A DNA stretch of 63,862 nt, filler included, from Chiloscyllium plagiosum (Eukaryota): NCBI RefSeq assembly GCF_004010195.1. It is 4 parts of one record of this genome, joined end to end, with 100 filler letters (N's around TTAATTAATTAA, not from the genome) between each part and the next. Parts side by side here need not be neighbours in the genome. Positions count along the whole stretch, not along the records: positions 59,642 to 63,862 come from NC_057716.1; 3 more parts are not named here. One strand, written 5' to 3'. Position numbers and translations under genes: made by a program. Each line of letters opens with the position of its first letter. The first letter of the stretch is position 1. Below the pieces are notes generated by a model. It did not search any database and was not told the DNA's origin. It saw only the letters and a program-made list of their open reading frames with translations. This document shows, in pieces, positions 62,001-63,862 of this stretch.

Positions 62001-63862
62001 CTGGAGTCCCCGACCCCAGGGAAAAGACTTTGCCTATTTATCCTATCCATGTCCCTCATAATTTTGTAACCCTCTATAAAGTCACCCCTCAGCCTCCGAT
62101 GCTCCAGGGAAAACAGCCCCAGCCTGTTCAGCTTCTCCCTGTAGCTCAGATCCTCCAACCCTGGCAACATCCTTGTAAATCTTTTCTGAACCCTTTCAAG
62201 TTTCACAAGATCCTTCCAATAGGAAGGAGACTAGAATTGCATGCAATATTACAACAGTGGCCTAACCAATGTCCTGTATAGCCGCAACATGACCTCCCAA
62301 CTCCTGTACTCAATACTCTGACCAATAAAGGAAAGCATACCAAGCGCCTTCTTCACTATCCTATCTACCTGTGACTCCACTTTCAAGGAGCTATGAACTT
62401 GTACTCCAAGGTCTCTTTGTTCAGCAATACTCTAGGATCTTACCATTAAGTGTGTCAAGAGGAAGAAGAAGGCTTATGTTAAGATGAGATGTGATGGCGC
62501 TGTTCGAATGCTTGAGAGTTACAAGTTAGCCAGGAAAGACAAGAAGAGAGAACTAGGAAGAGCCAGAAGGGGAACATGAAAAGTTGTTGGCAGATAGGAT
62601 CAAGGAAAACTCTAAAGCTTTCTATAGCTATGTCAGGAAGAAAAGAATAACTCGAGTAAGATTAGATAAAAACAATGACTGCAGATGCTGGAAACCAGAT
62701 TCTGGATTAGTGGTGCTGGAAGAGCACAGTAGTTCAGGCAGCATCCAAGGAGCTTCGAAATCGACGTTTCAGGCAAAAGCCCTTCATCACCTTCATCCCC
62801 TCCCCCACTGACCCATTGTACTCTATGCTACTTTCTCCCCACCCTCACCCTCCTCTAGCTTATCTCTCCACGCTTCAGGCTCACTGCCTTTATTCCTGAT
62901 GAAGTGTGGAAAGTGTGAAAATAGATTAGTCCCCTGGGCCGGGTGGGATTTGTCCCGGGATTCTTTGGGAAGCCAGGAAGGAGATCTCAGAACCTTTGGC
63001 TTTGATCTTTATGTCATCATTGTCTACAAGAATAGTGCCAGAAGACTGGAGGATAGTAAATGTTGTCCCCTTGTTCAAGAAGGGGAGTAGAGACAACCCT
63101 GGTAATTATAGACGAGTGAGCCTTACTTTGGTTGTGGGTAACGTGTTGGAAAAGGTTATGAGATATAGGATTTATCATCTAGAAAGGATAAATTGATTAG
63201 GGATAGTCAACTAATTTTTGTGAAGGGTAGGTTGTGCCTCGCAATCTTTATTGAGTTCTTTGAGAAGGTGACCAAACAGATGGGCGAGGGTAAAGTGGTT
63301 GATGTGATGTATATGGATTCTAGTAAGGTGTTTGATAAGGTTCCATGGTAAGCTATTGCACAAAATATGGAGGCATGGGATTGAGGGTGATTTAGCAGTT
63401 TGGATGAGAAATTGACTAGATGAAAGAAGACAGAGGGTGGTGGTTGATGGGAAATATTCATCCTGGATTTCAATTAACTAGTGGTGTACCACAAGGATCT
63501 GTTTTGATCCACTGAACATAGAACATAGAACAATACAGCACAGAACAGGCCCTTCGGCCCACGATGTTGTGCCGAACATTTGTACTAGCTTAAGCACCTA
63601 TCCATGTACCTATCCAATTGCCGCTTAAAGGTCACCAAAGATTCTGACTCTACCACTCCCACAGGCAGCGCATTCCATGCCCCCACCACTCTCTGGGTAA
63701 AGAACCCACCCCTGACATCTCCCCTATACCTTCCACCCTTCACCTTAAATTTATGTCCCCTTGTAACACTCGGTTGTGCCCGGGGAAAAAGTTTCTGACT
63801 GTCTACTCTACCTATTCCTCTGATCATCTTATAAACCTCGATCAAGTCACCCCTCATCCTTC
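59010..63862. mobile_element. Cluster of nested CR1 fragments in IGFBP2 intron 1 (59010-59541 -, 59642-60385 +, 60388-60960 +, 61700-62455 -, 62460-63510 +, 63515-63862 -)
   Basis: Repeated CR1 endonuclease, RT and 3'-end motifs in the ORF track. Confidence 0.85.
60966..61430 (-). mobile_element. HE1/V-SINE containing a fold-back Penelope-repeat insertion (61086-61230, 14-bp TSD CTATATTTACCCCA)
   Basis: SINE A/B boxes at the right end; TSD at 61072-61085 and 61231-61244. Confidence 0.85.

Overview
This is eukaryotic DNA, almost certainly from a cartilaginous fish (shark), judged from HE1/V-SINEs, dense CR1-clade LINEs and Penelope-like elements. It is a gapped scaffold with 14 N-runs, and most of the sequence is repeat. 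Three gene models are supported. (1) A 1.26-kb uncharacterised coding exon on + (11705-12963) with a coiled-coil-like C-terminal part. (2) Three consecutive internal exons of an ASIC4-type acid-sensing ion channel on + (26464-26608, 28064-28191, 29012-29165); the TM1 and TM2 exons are not visible. (3) Exons 2-4 of an IGFBP2-type gene on - (56719-56924, 54713-54853, 50054-50218), convergent with ASIC4. The most notable non-gene signal is two families of minimal hammerhead-ribozyme motifs carried by Penelope terminal repeats. Several of these repeats occur as tiny TSD-flanked insertions, some folded back into hairpins. Also present: a composite Penelope insertion with inverted termini and a TSD, a near-perfect 285-bp inverted duplication, a Gypsy LTR/gag remnant behind IGFBP2, and several minisatellites abutting splice sites. 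All calls are by eye; no database searches were run, and repeat boundaries are approximate.
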